Positions 13,401 to 28,400 of a stretch of 64,000 bases of DNA are shown here, piece by piece. Under the pieces are notes generated by a model that searched no databases, was not told the DNA's origin, and saw only the letters and a program-made list of their open reading frames with translations. Made by a program: the position numbers and the translations under genes. This DNA is from Owenia fusiformis (taxonomy: Eukaryota): positions 48,918,001 to 48,982,000 of the forward strand of contig CAIIXF020000001.1 in assembly GCA_903813345.2 (NCBI GenBank), written 5' to 3'. Each line of letters starts with the position of its first letter. Within the stretch, counting starts at the first letter, position 1.

Positions 13401-16400
13401 TACGTCTTTTTAAATCATACATCTGTCTTTTAAGTAGATCCTAAATGCATCTGATAATAACTAGCTACAAGAGAAAGATGCAACTATTTATATCAATTAC
13501 TCAAACATATTTATATAAGAAATGAACGAGTAATTTTGTTTTGCAATTCTTGACGTCATTTGTACATGGGAGGCATCTCCCACATAGTGGAATTGGTAAT
13601 ATCACCTTACCAAGTCCTTGCTTTAATAATTGTAATTTTGTAATTCATCGTTGATACAGTATATATATATATACAATTCATTTTGTAAAATGATACTTCT
13701 TCAAAAACATAAGATCATATTACTTTGAAATATACAGGTTTAACAGAGAAAGAGAGCTAATGAGTTTTATCTCATATATCTCTATGAACTAGATTAAATA
13801 TGTCTATTACACAACGTATAAATTGAGAAAGAGGCCAGCAAAACAAAACAAAACATTATTAATCCAAAAAGAGTTATTCATAGTACATGGTTTTTTACAA
13901 GGGATTTCATTATTTTTTATTTCTATTTTAATCATTTTTTATTCATTTATATGGTCTAATGTGAAATTAATACGGTTGACCCTAGCACATTTTCAATTCA
14001 AAATTCCCTGACCTCGCCCTGATTAAGAATGAGGACAGATCTTTTCAAAGGCGGGGGGAATGTGACAAAAATTTGATATAAACCTACCTCATGCTTAGCC
14101 TGCATCAATGTCACCTCTTCCTGGCCATCAGCTGTAAAAATACAAAAAAAATATCATATGATTAATAAAATGCACAAATGAACAAACATATTTTCGATGT
14201 TGAATACACAATCTGCTGTTTTTGAGGAAACTTTTTTCTCCTCAAGAAAAATTTTGAAAAATTCCTTTGAAGGTGATGCAAATTGCAAATATGTTGTTTA
14301 AACATCCAAATACAATCATCATGACTAAAACATAGTTTGAGACATTTTTAAAAAAGTGACTTTCAAAAAAAGTACAAATATCTGAATTTCTCAGATTACC
14401 AGCAAAAGTTCAGATTTTTGATCAACAAATAAAACACTTTTCATTGTAAAATCTATTACTTCCAACAGTCCATTGGTTAGAATTACTATGGCAAATTGGA
14501 TTTGGTAGTCAATGTTGACCATGAAAACTACCAACCCTAAAATACCATTGTATTAACATGGCAAATGGTGGTCAAGAGTATAAATAAATACAGGGTGAAT
14601 CACAAAAACGCTACCCTCTATTCTTGGAACTTTATCAAAAATGATGGAATCCTCTTGAGTTTTCCTATGTATATATACAGTGTTTGATGGAGGGATTACA
14701 CAGCCTTCAGAGAATTATCACTACAACAATTTTCACCATTTTCAGAGTTGACAGAAAATATTCATATTTCAAGATCAGCCTTCGCTGAGCTATGAACATA
14801 TGTGAAGTACTCTTGGACTAAGGATGACAAATATTCACTTTTGATTGAATAAGGTTTAAGGATTTAAGCCCTAGACAAAGTGCACTGAACTGATCATTCC
14901 TCAAAAAGGTGTTATTTCAATATTTGCACAAGATATGCATAATCGATTGGTAAGTTTAGGAAACAAGGCCTGAGTGGAATGAATCAGCCACAAAGGATTA
15001 AGTCTTGGGCTTAAATTCTTTTCACACATTATCGTGATAATTTCAATCTGTAGAGTCAAGTTGTCACCATGACAACCACTCAACAAGTGACCTTGGGTGG
15101 TTTGTTGGCTATATAATGCAGTGCAGTTATATGAAATTCTTTGTTCGGACTGGCTGAAATTGGACACACCTTGCCTAGCTATGTATGAAGACATATCTAT
15201 CTTTGCAGCTACAAGCATCAACAAGGCATAAACAAGCAAAATTTCAACACCTCACATTTGTTACATCTGCCAAACAGCCTCCACAAAAAAAGTTGGAGAC
15301 TACACAATATGTCACCACTTGTGGTGATGACATAATAAACCATTTAGTTTCCATTCTAGGTTGTCTAGGTGCCAAAGATAAAGATGTTTACTGGGGAGGT
15401 GTTCATTAGAAACATTATAGGATCAGCTTTATATTGTATTTCAAATCCCCATGTAATATTCCCATTTGCTTGATTAACAAGTATGACACAAAACAATAAA
15501 GGTAAGAGGTATTAGGGACCATATCAAATATTAATTTGTAATTCTTCATAAAACGTATTATATTTAAGAGGGTTGAAGCCTTAAAAATTGAGTGAAGGGT
15601 AAATTAACTCAAATGTTTGGTAAGGTTTAAATATCACAGTCTTTGTAACAAGTTGCAAAGAAAAATAAAATTGTGATCTTTTGATGTGGCCCCTTGCACA
15701 TACCTGTAATAAAGCTACAAATATCAAAAATCTCTTTTTATATCCCATGACATGAACATGAAAAATCAATACATGTTGCAATACATTAGTCTCAGTATAC
15801 ATGCATCTTTCATAAAAAGATGAACTTTTTGCATCTTACATGTATAATCACATGTACTTTTAAACATTTGACATAACACCCATTCAAATCTTAGATCATG
15901 AATTGAAAGGGTGGTGCCTGGAAAGGATAATGACTTGAAGGGCGCCTTGTGTCTCTACAATCTGATTGGCTATCAATTGTATCTCCACATAGGTTCACGT
16001 TTCAGGGAGATTTTGGATATATGAATCATGTTTTATTGTATAACCATGCAATTAGAGGTTATGTCACTATTACGTGAAATATGTCATAGTGACATAACTG
16101 ATGTATTTAGTACCTTTATTCACATGGTTACTTTGGACAAATGATGTCACACTTCTGTGTGCAAGTAGAATTTGATGGAAATGAAATGTGACATCATGAA
16201 TTCTATACAAATGCTTTGCTAGGTATATACGAGGTGTATACCTGTTCATCTTTCACAAGAGATATTCCAAGAAGGCCGAAGGGCTTGTGGAATATCATCT
16301 TGTGAAAGTGTCACAGGTATTCACTGAAAATAAATTTAAATATTTATTTATAATTCACTGTTATATTCCTCATTCATATTAATGGAATAACATACTATTG

Positions 16401-19400
16401 ATATCTAATTAATCATAATCATAACCAGAACAACGGCAACGCCAAAGCGTAGCGAATCCCATCGAACATTTTTCAAAATGGGCACCTTCTACCAAAAGTG
16501 TCATTAGACAGTGTGCCATGCTTATAATATTCACATACCAAATATGAACAAAATCGCTCTACTACTTTTCGAGTTATAGTAAAATACGTTAAAATGGTGG
16601 CCATTTTGAAAAATGGCCGCCTTCTACCAAAAGTCTCATTAGACAGTGTGCCATGCTTATAGTATTCACATACCAAATATGAACAAAATCGCTCCACTAC
16701 TTTTCGAGTTATAGTAAAATACATTAAAATGGCGGCCATTTTGAAAAATGGCCGCCTTCTACCAAAAGTGTCATTAGACAGTGTGCCATGCTTATACATA
16801 TTCACATACCAAATATGAACAAAATCGCTCTACTACTTTTAGAGTTATAGTAAAATAAGTTAAAATGGCCGCCATTTTTCAAAATGTCCGCCATTTTTCA
16901 AAATGGCCGCCTTCTACCAAAAGTGTCATTAGACAGTGTGCCATGCTTATAGTATTCACATACCAAATATGAACAAAATCGCTCCACTACTTTCAGAGTT
17001 ACAGCAAAAATCGTAAAATAACGAGTAAAGGCCGCCATTTTTCAAGATGGCTGCCATGTGCTTTTTTAATATCTACATTTCTAGCTTTATTAATGTCCTA
17101 TATAATTTTTTTTTCATTAAAAACATATTGCTATTACAGTTTTACATATTGCACCTAAATTACTGTAAAATCGGCACTAAAATGGCCGCCATTTTTAAAT
17201 GAGCGGCCATTTTGAAAATCGGCTCTCGAGCAGAACTTCTACCCCCATAGGGTATATGTGTACAAAATATGAATAAAATCGGGCCAACGGTATTTGAGTT
17301 ATTGCCCGGACGGACGGACAGACGGACGTACGGAAGGACGGACGTACGTACGGACGGACGTACGTACGGACGGACGGACGGAGGCGTTCCCTATATCCCT
17401 CCGAACTTCGTTCGATGGGATAACAATGTACTCCTGGGGCTATATAAAAATTAAAATTTCACGGGACTAAATTGTGACGGGTGAATATCATTTCATATTC
17501 AATGGAAGTCACATGACATGGACCAATCAGAGAGTCTGGAATATGACAGTGACATAATAATCACACTAATGGAATATGTCAGTTGCTACAACGTAAAATT
17601 GTAGAAAATTTCATCAGACTTTAAGAATTGCAATAATGACTTTCACACTTTACAAAATCGAGATTTATCCTACACATTGATGAATATAATGGAAGCAATT
17701 GCCATTGTTTTCAAGGTACAGTCATATCTTTAATTGACTCTCTCATGTCATAACAATGAAATATTAGTCACTACAGAGTACAATACGCTTGTATACAAAA
17801 GTTAAGTAAAACTAGAACACAACTACAAAAATACAATTCAATTTTTGAAAAGTACAGCATGGCAAACGATAAATGTGTGATATGTTGTATTATTTGAATG
17901 AAAGATAAATGAACTTTGCTAAATGTTGATTCCGATTATCTTAAATATTTCATTTAGACTTTTGAATTTAGTGCAAAACATTTGCATCCTCTAAACAGAA
18001 GACATAGGATACTCATAGGATGTACTTTTGAGACAACCCTCACTACATGTTTATCCAGGGACCGGATGATTACTGTACAAAGGGACATCAACCTTTCAAA
18101 TCTAATGAATTATGGTAAAAAGCCAGGTTCTATTTTGGTGTTCTATTTGTCAAGTTATTCACAGTTGAAGATTTTTAATTTTATATCTGACAGTATTCTA
18201 TTCATAACTTTTTTAATGTTCCTTGAATCATTAACTTTCTATAGATGACAAGAAATGTGATGAAGGTCTTTAGAGGACTTATCTCACATGTTGTGCCTAC
18301 TCTCAATATTTAATGTTGCTCATATATATATTACATATTTTCCAATTTACCGTTACCGTTTGATTTTTCAAACATACAGGGTGTTCCATATGTTTCAGGA
18401 ATGATGCTGTATTTTAGTGGTTTTCTTTTCAATCTAGCTGAATTTTTGACAAAATGTGTCCAAATATGTTGTAAATAAGTTGGGAAAGTTTTATATCATG
18501 AGACCAAATAGACTTAATGATACGGTTGCTATAGTAACCCAGGGGTATGATTGGTGGAGCAGGTTCGGCAACGCGATAAACATGAAATACAAAATAGTAG
18601 TTTTTTATATGAAGTGTTAATAAGTGTCAGGCTTTCATAAATACTTCAAAATTGTCCGAAATTAAGCAAAAATTAGGGCGGATTCTTTAAAATTAAAAAA
18701 ATTGTCATCATTTATGGTATCACAATTGACACGCATATCATGACTTGATTCACAAACGAGAGTCATTCTGGCTGAGCGCACAGCCATATCAGATGTGTTG
18801 GATTATATGTCTCAGATTCCCTTCCAGATTTGAATCTTTTGTAGCACTCATACACTCTTGAGGTTTCTGGTCATTAAGTCCTCATATATACTCCCAATTG
18901 GTATTTAATTTTGCCAGTTGCAGAAAACATATTTTTCACAGTCTTGGACACTGTTGTGCGTTACCTTTGTTGAAATTCATATTTTTCTGATGACATTTTC
19001 ACTTTTCAAGATGGCCACTAAGTCAAAATGACCTGTGATTCTTCTTCTTTGGGACCAATGACATGGCAGGTTTTTCAATTGTGGTATATCATCAATGATG
19101 ACAATTCTTTTTAATTTTCAAAAATGAACTTTCATTTTTGCTTATTTCCTGACCTTGATGCAACTCTGACAACCTAATACTTACCCACACTTAATATAGA
19201 AAACTACTATTTTTACAAATATGACATATATTTTGCCCGTTGTTAGACATGTTCCGCCTACTCTACCCCTGGGTTACTATAGCAACCATATTATTAGGTC
19301 TACTGACCTTCATGATATGAAATTTGCTCAATTCATTCACAACTAACGTGGACACATTTTGTCAAAAATTCAGCTCGATTGAAAAGAAAACAACTAAAAT

Positions 19401-22400
19401 ACAGCAGCATTCCTGATACATATGGGACACCCTGTATTTCTCACAGACAGGTCAGGAAAAATAAACTACACACATTTGTAATTAACAACGTTTTTCATTT
19501 CCTAAGAATTAACCCCTAAGAATCCATTAAAATCTTAAAGATAATTATATCACTGTCATATACCTCACTCTCTCATTGGTCTATATCATTCATGCGACCT
19601 AAAATAAGAAGACATATTCATTGCAAATAAGAAAGTAGTTCATATAACAGTGACTAATAAAACAAATATTTCATACTATTTTTGGTGAAAACCTTTTGCA
19701 CTTTCAATGATTCTCAAATATAAAATGTGCATTCCCTGGCCCTTACACTGGTGATCCACTCGATAACGCTGGTTACCGAAATGGTTCGTTTTGGTAAAAA
19801 AAAATGTTGGAACGTCGAAGGCACGATTTTCCTTTTTTCCTTATTTCACACGTTATAGGCAGAATTCCCACGACATTTTTAACACAAACGTGCCTCAGCA
19901 TGATATGTTTTAGAAAATGTACATATTTACGAACAAATAGTTCAGAAAACAACAGAATCGCCGATTTAATTCCTCACTTAAGTTACATAAACAGTTTTTC
20001 GAAAAACAGTTAAGATCTGCACCCAAACCGTTTATGTAACTTCTTCTACATTCTGCCTACAACGCGTGGAATAAGGAAAAAAGAAAAATCGTACATTCGA
20101 CGTTCCGACATTTTGTTACCAAAATGAACCGTTTTGGTAACCAGCGTAATCGGGCGGATAACCAGTGCCTTAGGGCTTTGGGGAATACAACTTACAATGC
20201 TAGAATCATTGAAAGATGAACAGTATTCACCTCAAAAGTATGAAATCTTTGACGTATGATATTCTGGTAAAAGAGGGTATTCTTCAAAGGTTTCCTGGCA
20301 TACATTTTTACTGGACATTTTAGAACAATCACTCTTGTATTCTCACATGCAATTAAAACTTCCTTAATTCTTATAAATCAATATACTAATTTGGGAAATG
20401 TCCAATATACTCCACATATTTCACCAACAACGTATGGCACATTACCATTCATAATTTTCAAATGTTTAACTTATTTCTAAGACAGACAGCAAGAGAAAAA
20501 TTAGTTTTGTCCATGTTTGTCACTTATCTAAAATGGACACAAGGCATATGTCACAACCTGCCATTTGTTATAGATGCCAAACACCAGCCGTGGAACGCCA
20601 CCTGTCAAATACCAACCACAAAAAATTGGAAACTATAACAATATGTCATCACTCTTGGTGGCGACATAAAAAATATCATTGTTCATCAATGTCTCTATAC
20701 CTGATGTTGAACATACCATATTACCTGTTAAGCACAGATGACCATATCCAATACCATGATTTTGCTTCTTTATGTTAGAGAGAGCTTCATCTCCTAACAC
20801 CAAGGGTAAAACATCCATGATGTAAGATTGTAAGATTTGAACGGAGATAAGATGTTATCATACTAATCAAGCCTAATTACTTTTATGTCCTTTCTGACAT
20901 TGAAAGTAGCAGAGAGAATACTGGGAAATTGCATGTAACCCTCCAGCCTTTGCTAGAATGCATATGCCCTTCAGACTTATTTATTTTTGTGACAGACTGA
21001 TAATATATTAGGCTAATGCCTGCAGCTTTTGTCAAGGGAGGGAGGTAATTCTTTAAAAAATCCAAAGAGGTTCACATTTGACCACTAAGTCTGAAATCAC
21101 TGGAAAGGTGCTCAGAATGATGAAAAAGTGCAAGATTCTCAAAGAATTTTGGCCAGGGGGCTCGTTTGTCTCTCATATAAACATAAAAAGTTTGAACCAA
21201 ACCTGCCTACTGATATTTGAGTTATCAAAGATTATGACCAAAAATGATGGTCATTCTAAAATTCAGCAGTCATCTCAAAAATTTCTTCTCAAGCAGACCT
21301 CCTTTGTCCCTATAGGCATCATCATTTAAAATTTGAACCAAATCTATCTACCGGTTTTTTAGTTACCAAAGATTAGGTTTTTTATGAAAATGGTGGCTAT
21401 TGTGAAATTCTGCTGCCATCTTATAAATTCTTTCTAAAGCAAAGTTCCCGTGTCCCTCAGCATCAGCATACAAAATTTGAACCAAATCCGTCAACTGGTA
21501 TTTGAGTTATCAAAAGTTATGTTGTTATGGTAGCCATTTTGAAAATCAATGGCCATTTTAAAAATATCTTGTTGATCAAAGTTCTTTTGTTTCTTGGCAT
21601 CAGCATATTATAATATTTGAACCAAATCCATCTACTGGTATTTGAGTTATCAAAGATTACATTTTTTATGAAAAATGGTAGCCATTTGAAATTCAGCTGA
21701 CATCTTGAAAATTCTTTCTTAAGCAGAGTTCCTGTGTCCCTCATCGCAATAACTGAGCCCCTTTGTCTTTATCTTTCCAAATCTCTCGCAAACTGAAGAT
21801 AAGAGGGGCTCTGACATACCAGAATGTGTATCCCTAGGCATCAGCATATAAAGTTTAAACCAAATCCATCATCTGATATTTGAGTTATCAAAAACTATGT
21901 TTTCTAATGAAAAATGGTGGCCATTTTGAAATTCAGTGGCCATCTTAAAACTTTCTAGTTGATCAAAGCTCTTTTGTCCCTTGGCATTAATCCACCCGTA
22001 AAACTATATCGAATATTTTCGAAACAAATGCGTAATATATACACATATTTTGTACCAAATGCGTGACATAAACGGCAATCGCGTGCAAAGACCGAACGGA
22101 ATGCGTTCGCTTTTTTTCGCCGTTCTGTATTTTACCGTGTCGCAATTTCACAAAAAACAATATAAAAAAAAAAAAATGCGTGATATGCGTGATATTTGAT
22201 CATACACACTAAAATGATGCGTGATTTCTATTTTTCCAGCAAATGCGTGACAATCACGCCTAATGCGTGAGGGTTGACAGGGCAGCTCCAAGGAGGGCTT
22301 CCTGAGTCTGCCTTCCATGATTACCTATACATGCATAACTTCGGGCAGACCATATTTATACAGGATAAACCCAAGAGGTATTGCTCTTCTTCATTGGAGG

Positions 22401-25400
22401 TAAACAAAATACAATACAATTAGCATATAAAATTTGAACCAAATCTGTCAACTAGTATTTGAGTTATCAAAGATTACATTTTTTATGAAAATGGAAGCCA
22501 TATTGAATTCTCTAGAAGAAGTCCTACACCCATCAAGCATAAACCTATAATGGACGGACGAACACACAGATGGACGGACAAATGATGGACAGATGAACTG
22601 CTTCTCTATATCCCTAGACAAACTTCATTTGGTGGGATTATCAAAAGTTGATAAATAAATACTTATTCTATATTATCAGCATTCAAATATGAAATCAATT
22701 TGAGGATGAAAGCACAAAAATGACATTTCTTTAATCTGTATTAGACAAACACATTACTTCTAGTCATAAGATAATACTTTTTCAAAATATTACTTTTTTC
22801 AAAGATGTTAACTAGACAATGGCAACTCGGCGGAGTAGCAAATCCCAAGAACAAAATATCAATTACCGAATTCCAATCAATTAAACTTATTACTTTGGTT
22901 AAAATTGAAAAATTTAGATTTTAGAATTGCGAATTCCTGCAAAGCAGCCATTTTGAATTTTCTGAGGTACAAATCTGAAGAATAATACCATAATTGTGAT
23001 CTACTCCAAAATTCCTTCAATTTGAGTATAATATAGCCATACTTTGAAGGGATCGAAAAATTATTGCGAAATCGTACATTAGACGGCCATTTTGAATTTT
23101 ACGAGGCTCGAATCAGAAAAAAGATACAATATTTGCAATCTACTCTTAATTGCCTTTCATTTGAGTATAATAAAGCTATACTTCAGAAAGATCTAAAAAT
23201 TAGCGAAAATTACTGTTTTCCTGACTCCCCCATACACGGCCCCTGGGGTCAGGATGAAAAACACGGAATATATGTGAAATAGATAGATGTTGCGAATATA
23301 CTATCAAAATTTCAAACAATAATATTAATTACTTTGGTTTAGAATGAAAAAATTTATGGTTTTTGTGAAAAACTCCCGTCATTTTTAAAGCGGCGGCCAT
23401 CTTGAAAATTTTTTTTTGCGTACAACTATTCACCAATATACATCTTTCCACTAAAAATGAAGAAAATCCGTCAACTCTTATTTGAGTTATCTTCCGGATG
23501 GACGGACGGACGGACGGACTGACGGACAGAGGGCTTCACTATATCCCTACCGAACTTCGTTCGTTGGGATAATTATTTTGATCCTATCATTCTGGTTTAC
23601 CAGACTCCCTCTTATCTTGGCACTTTGGAAAGGTCTATACAAAGGGTGTTTGGGTATCGCATTTGTGATCCTACCTGTTTCATAGATTATAGACGGCATT
23701 CGGGATATGCATCTTGGAAATGATGATTCACTGTCACTTATACTTAATGTCCTACTGGATTCTGTGACATGAATTCCATTGCAAACCACATTTCCATTAT
23801 TTGCATCAATGTCAGTTTTATTCACAAATGGCTGACCATTGGCTGATATATAGAAATTTCTCTCGGGTGCGATACTGTCATACTCATCCTTATAACTGTA
23901 ATTGTTATATCCTCCAGAGATAACTTCATTGTCTTTTTCTTTGTCTTGGTAATATGTGTCCAGTATGGTTCTAACTTCTGGGAGAACCATATTTGAATTT
24001 TTCTTTGATTTCAAGCTATAGTTAACAAACTGATGTGTTCATCCCCATGTATGTTATATGCATGAATAATAATGTTTTGATGAAAGCATTTATTTTTAAG
24101 TGAACCGCTTAAAGGAGTTAGACCTCTGACGTCATGCAATAGGATAGTTTCTAAATAGCAGAAAAATCAATGAAATCTCGTGCTGCCATCTTTTATTCAG
24201 CTTTTAACTCTGGCTAGAGCTCCATTCACTTACATGCTAAAATCTTGGAAAAGTGGCTTAATTTCATGATTTATCAAAGTGTGTTTGTTGAATCTGTATA
24301 AAACTTGAATGATATACCACATGATGTTCCTGTTTATGAACATGTTGTGATTAAACATGCTAATGTTGATTGACATACAAATAATCCACGGTTTTAAAGA
24401 ATTTTAGCATTGCATCTATGGACATTTGGCCCAACTTTTTTTAAATTGTCATAGAAAATTATTCAAATTACATAACTGTGTAAATCAAAGCTATTTTAGG
24501 AGAAAACATTCCACTGAATTCAAATATACCATTTAAAAGAAGGTAATGTAAGTCATTAGAGGTCTAATATGCAAGTCTCTTAAAATCTCACGAAAAACGA
24601 GATTTAGCGAGATTTCAAAAGCTATATGGAAACTATACTATTACACAATATCTATAGAATCCACCACATCGATGATGTTTTTATATACTTCATATATAAT
24701 ACAGAGGTAATTAAACTGTGTACAGGTTATTATTCTAATATTGCCACATTCTAGAAAAAACTTGGCGAGTGCTTTCAGTATTGTAACACAACATCTAGCT
24801 TGATAGGACCAGTATCTCCCCAGCATTAAATGTTCAATAGTAAGGCAAAATAATGATAAAGTTGTCATTTTCAATAATTCAATTTCAGTATGTCAAAGTG
24901 ACTTAAAAGTACCTCAAGTCTATTGTAGGTTTAAAATTCAAAGTATACAATATCAAAGAGCTATCTCAAAGTGACCCTGATCAAAGAAGATTGGATCCCA
25001 TGATCGAAACTCGATATTTCCAAACAATGAAAAAGTCGAAATGTCATCATTTTCTGAAATTAACAACAAAATAAACAGTTCAAAAGATTTGAACCAATAT
25101 TTCGATCATTTCATTTGAGTTTTGGAATTTTTTGTGAGGAAGTAAGACCAAAATTCACGATTCAAATGTTGACGTGAACAAAATGGCAGCTGTTCGAGTT
25201 CAAATTTTGTATCATATGGTACAGAATATCGATGCTGCACTCTGGGAGCCAATTTTCCTTGTCTCCTGATCTTTCCAGGTATTTCAATGAATTTAGACTG
25301 ATCCAGGGATATGCTCTGATATACAGTATGGCATTTTTGCATTAATATTCACGTTTCAATGGGGCTGCGTGCTAGACTGCATAAGACATGTATCAAGCAC

Positions 25401-28400
25401 ATGGAAGTTCATCCACATGATATTAGGCTTATTAATATAACATTATTTCAGCATCAACATTGGCTCTTCCTGCTGATGTTGTATTATTATTTTGTTTACC
25501 ACTTATGTGGTATTACCTCTTTGGTATAATTCATATATTATTTGACATATTTAACACTATAAGTCATATTCAGAGCCCTCCTCAAATGGGCCTAGTGTTT
25601 AAGATCTTTATTATGCACTGATGCATATTTTCAGTGAACTGAATGAAAAGTGTTTACTCTCAATAAGTATTGCTTTGACTGAAGTGATCAGTTGAAACAT
25701 ACCGGTTTTAGACCAGTTCCATACTGGTTTGAATGGTGTGTTTCAACCTGTTTTCCTTAAGCCCTGTTTGTTGTTTGACTTAAAAATCAGTAAAGTATCA
25801 CATTTTAGCTTAACAATCAATATTTCCCTTGAATTGGTTGCCTAAAACTATAGTTTATTTTAATTGGTATATCAATAAATGTATTATTTCCTGATTATGG
25901 GGATCATACCATCATTGATAGGCCGATGACTAAAAGCCTAAAATTAGTCATCTATAATTGCAAAATGATTGAGAAATAACATAATGGACATATCATAAAT
26001 GAATACAAACATGTATACTTTGCTCAAGGTAAATGGAAGCATCTTAAACAAATAGTGCTATTACATGTGAACTTGGCAATGACACAGTGAAGAAATTTCA
26101 GTCTACAACAACCATTCAGCTATATTTAAATATATGCGCATCTAAATGGCAATGATGTCATTAATTCATCCATAAGTAAAAGTGGCATTTCTGGGATAAA
26201 AGTGGATTTTTGTCAAGACTTAGAGATATTAGTTGTAACTTTGTAATTTTGAATTTAATGTAACAATTGTTAAAAAACACCTAAAAAGCTCATTTCAACT
26301 GAAACTTTTGCTAACAGGTGTTTTCTTTTGTTATAGAAATGTCACATTGACAGACAGGTGGACAGACAGCTCAAGATTTGACAAAAAAGTAATAACCCAG
26401 AGTATTGTATAAACATATACTGGTCTCAAATAAGATCATATTACAAAAAGCTGACCATATCACCTGCTTTATAGTGGCTTGAAACTATAAATATAAAATT
26501 ACTTTCAATTGGTACTAAATAAGTTAAATTACCAGAGTATAAGAGACTAGCACATTAGAATGTAGGGTATATAGATGCAGCTATTAGAATGTAGATGCAG
26601 CTCTCTCAAAAGAAGCAAAATCAAATTAACATGGAAAGGGTGTTAAATTAGCGAGAGTGGGTAAACACTAATAAAAAGCCTAGTATCATTATTTGTCTAG
26701 CCTACAAAAATCTTATATACAATGTTTATAAATGGAAATAACTTTGCTTAGGGTATAACATTTTCTATGAAGCATGCAACCAATACATGTTGAATGCATG
26801 TGCCAAGAGTTGTATTGAATCAATAAAGAATTTTAAAATACCTGTTTCATAAACCAAGGAACCTTCTCTGTGGACCAAAGCAGGCTTGACACCCCCATTT
26901 TCAATAACATCTATACCATGCAAAGACGCTAATCTTCCACTAGATTTTGTTACATATATTCCATTTCCAGGAACTTCGCCATTTTTTGACGACTCACCAT
27001 TGGCCAGAGCTTCAACATTTTTCTGAGAAGCAACAGCTTCTTGTGCTTTATCATAATAATAGCTATCCTTTTTAATTGAACCTCTTATTGTCATATTTCC
27101 AGGTCTAGTGAAATTTACTAAAAAGAAAATTCCAGAATAAGCTTGCTCAGTCTCATTGAGTGACTATACATATAAACTTCCCTCACTCATCCAATACGGA
27201 AAAATCCACTTGTGGTCACTTGTTTGTATTGGTATTATTCCCAAGTCAAATGATATATTGTGTGTGTAGTGCGGGGCCCGTGTTATTACCCTGTTATAGG
27301 TATAGCATGCTTGCACTTGTTCAATAGACTGCCAAATATAATGTATATAGAGGAAGGCAGAATCTGTTTTCAGTTGAAACAGAATCAGCTGGTATTCAAT
27401 GAGGGGTCATTTCAAAAATATCATTAAAAATAAAATAAAATATAGTACATTACTTTTATTCTTTTCTTATTTTGAAATGCCAAATGCTGCTCAAAAAGGT
27501 TACATCTTTAGATCAGATTTAGAGATTATATAAAACGTAATGAATGAAACATGTGCAGTACATGTACATCTATATATTCTTTATATATTCATTAGATTAA
27601 CCTTGAGTTTATGCATGCATGCAACCCAGAGTACATGTATGTATGCAAAACATTAAAATCCTTTTATAAATAATTCATTTGGATTAGTTATATAATATGA
27701 GTACAGTGACCTTGCCTGAAGTTAAGTTATAACATACAGAATATAGCTAGGAGGCCAGTTACAGCACCCATGAGCATACAAGGTGAAAAGGTCCATTGGT
27801 TCAGTGAAGGTATTCAATGTGTGGGAAGGTCTAAATATATATAGGTCTAAATACTGACTTCGATGAAAGTACATGTTTTTGTGGGTTGTTTTTTTTTGGG
27901 AGGGGGGGTATGGGATAAAAGTTTATTTCATTTCCTGATGACATTTGATTCTTATATTCCTAGCATTTATCAACTGATCTAGGAATTCACAGTGGTTTTG
28001 TTTTATTTCAGGGGAAATGAATTGGGTTTTAAGTCAAAATGTGATTAATTGAGCCTAATGACAGGTGTATCCACTAATGGCAATCTGACAATTCATATAT
28101 CAATACAAAGGATGAGTCTGGGAATGAGTCCGGATATCGACTTAGAAAATATTGAAAATTGTAATGTCTAAAAAACCAACTCATATGAAACCTCAATATC
28201 TTATCCTCCTTCTGAGAGTACAAAAATATTAATTTGCATCACAATTAATGAAAAATATTGGCATCAAAGAGAATGCATATCACTATGACACAAATCAAAA
28301 AAAATTCAAGTGCAAATACCAAATGAATAATTCATACAAAAAGTTTGAAACATATCCTCCAAAACATTGCTTATTTATTTTGTATAGACATGAATGGTAT

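Noticed and set aside
16473..17454. ORFs with repeated peptides (HGTLSN..., GRTD...), also at 23482, 30775 and 63610
   Set aside because: Translations of tandem repeats and (GGAC)n microsatellites
24109..24660. Possible further TTAA-flanked element next to exon A
   Set aside because: Only partial inverted matches; right end unresolved
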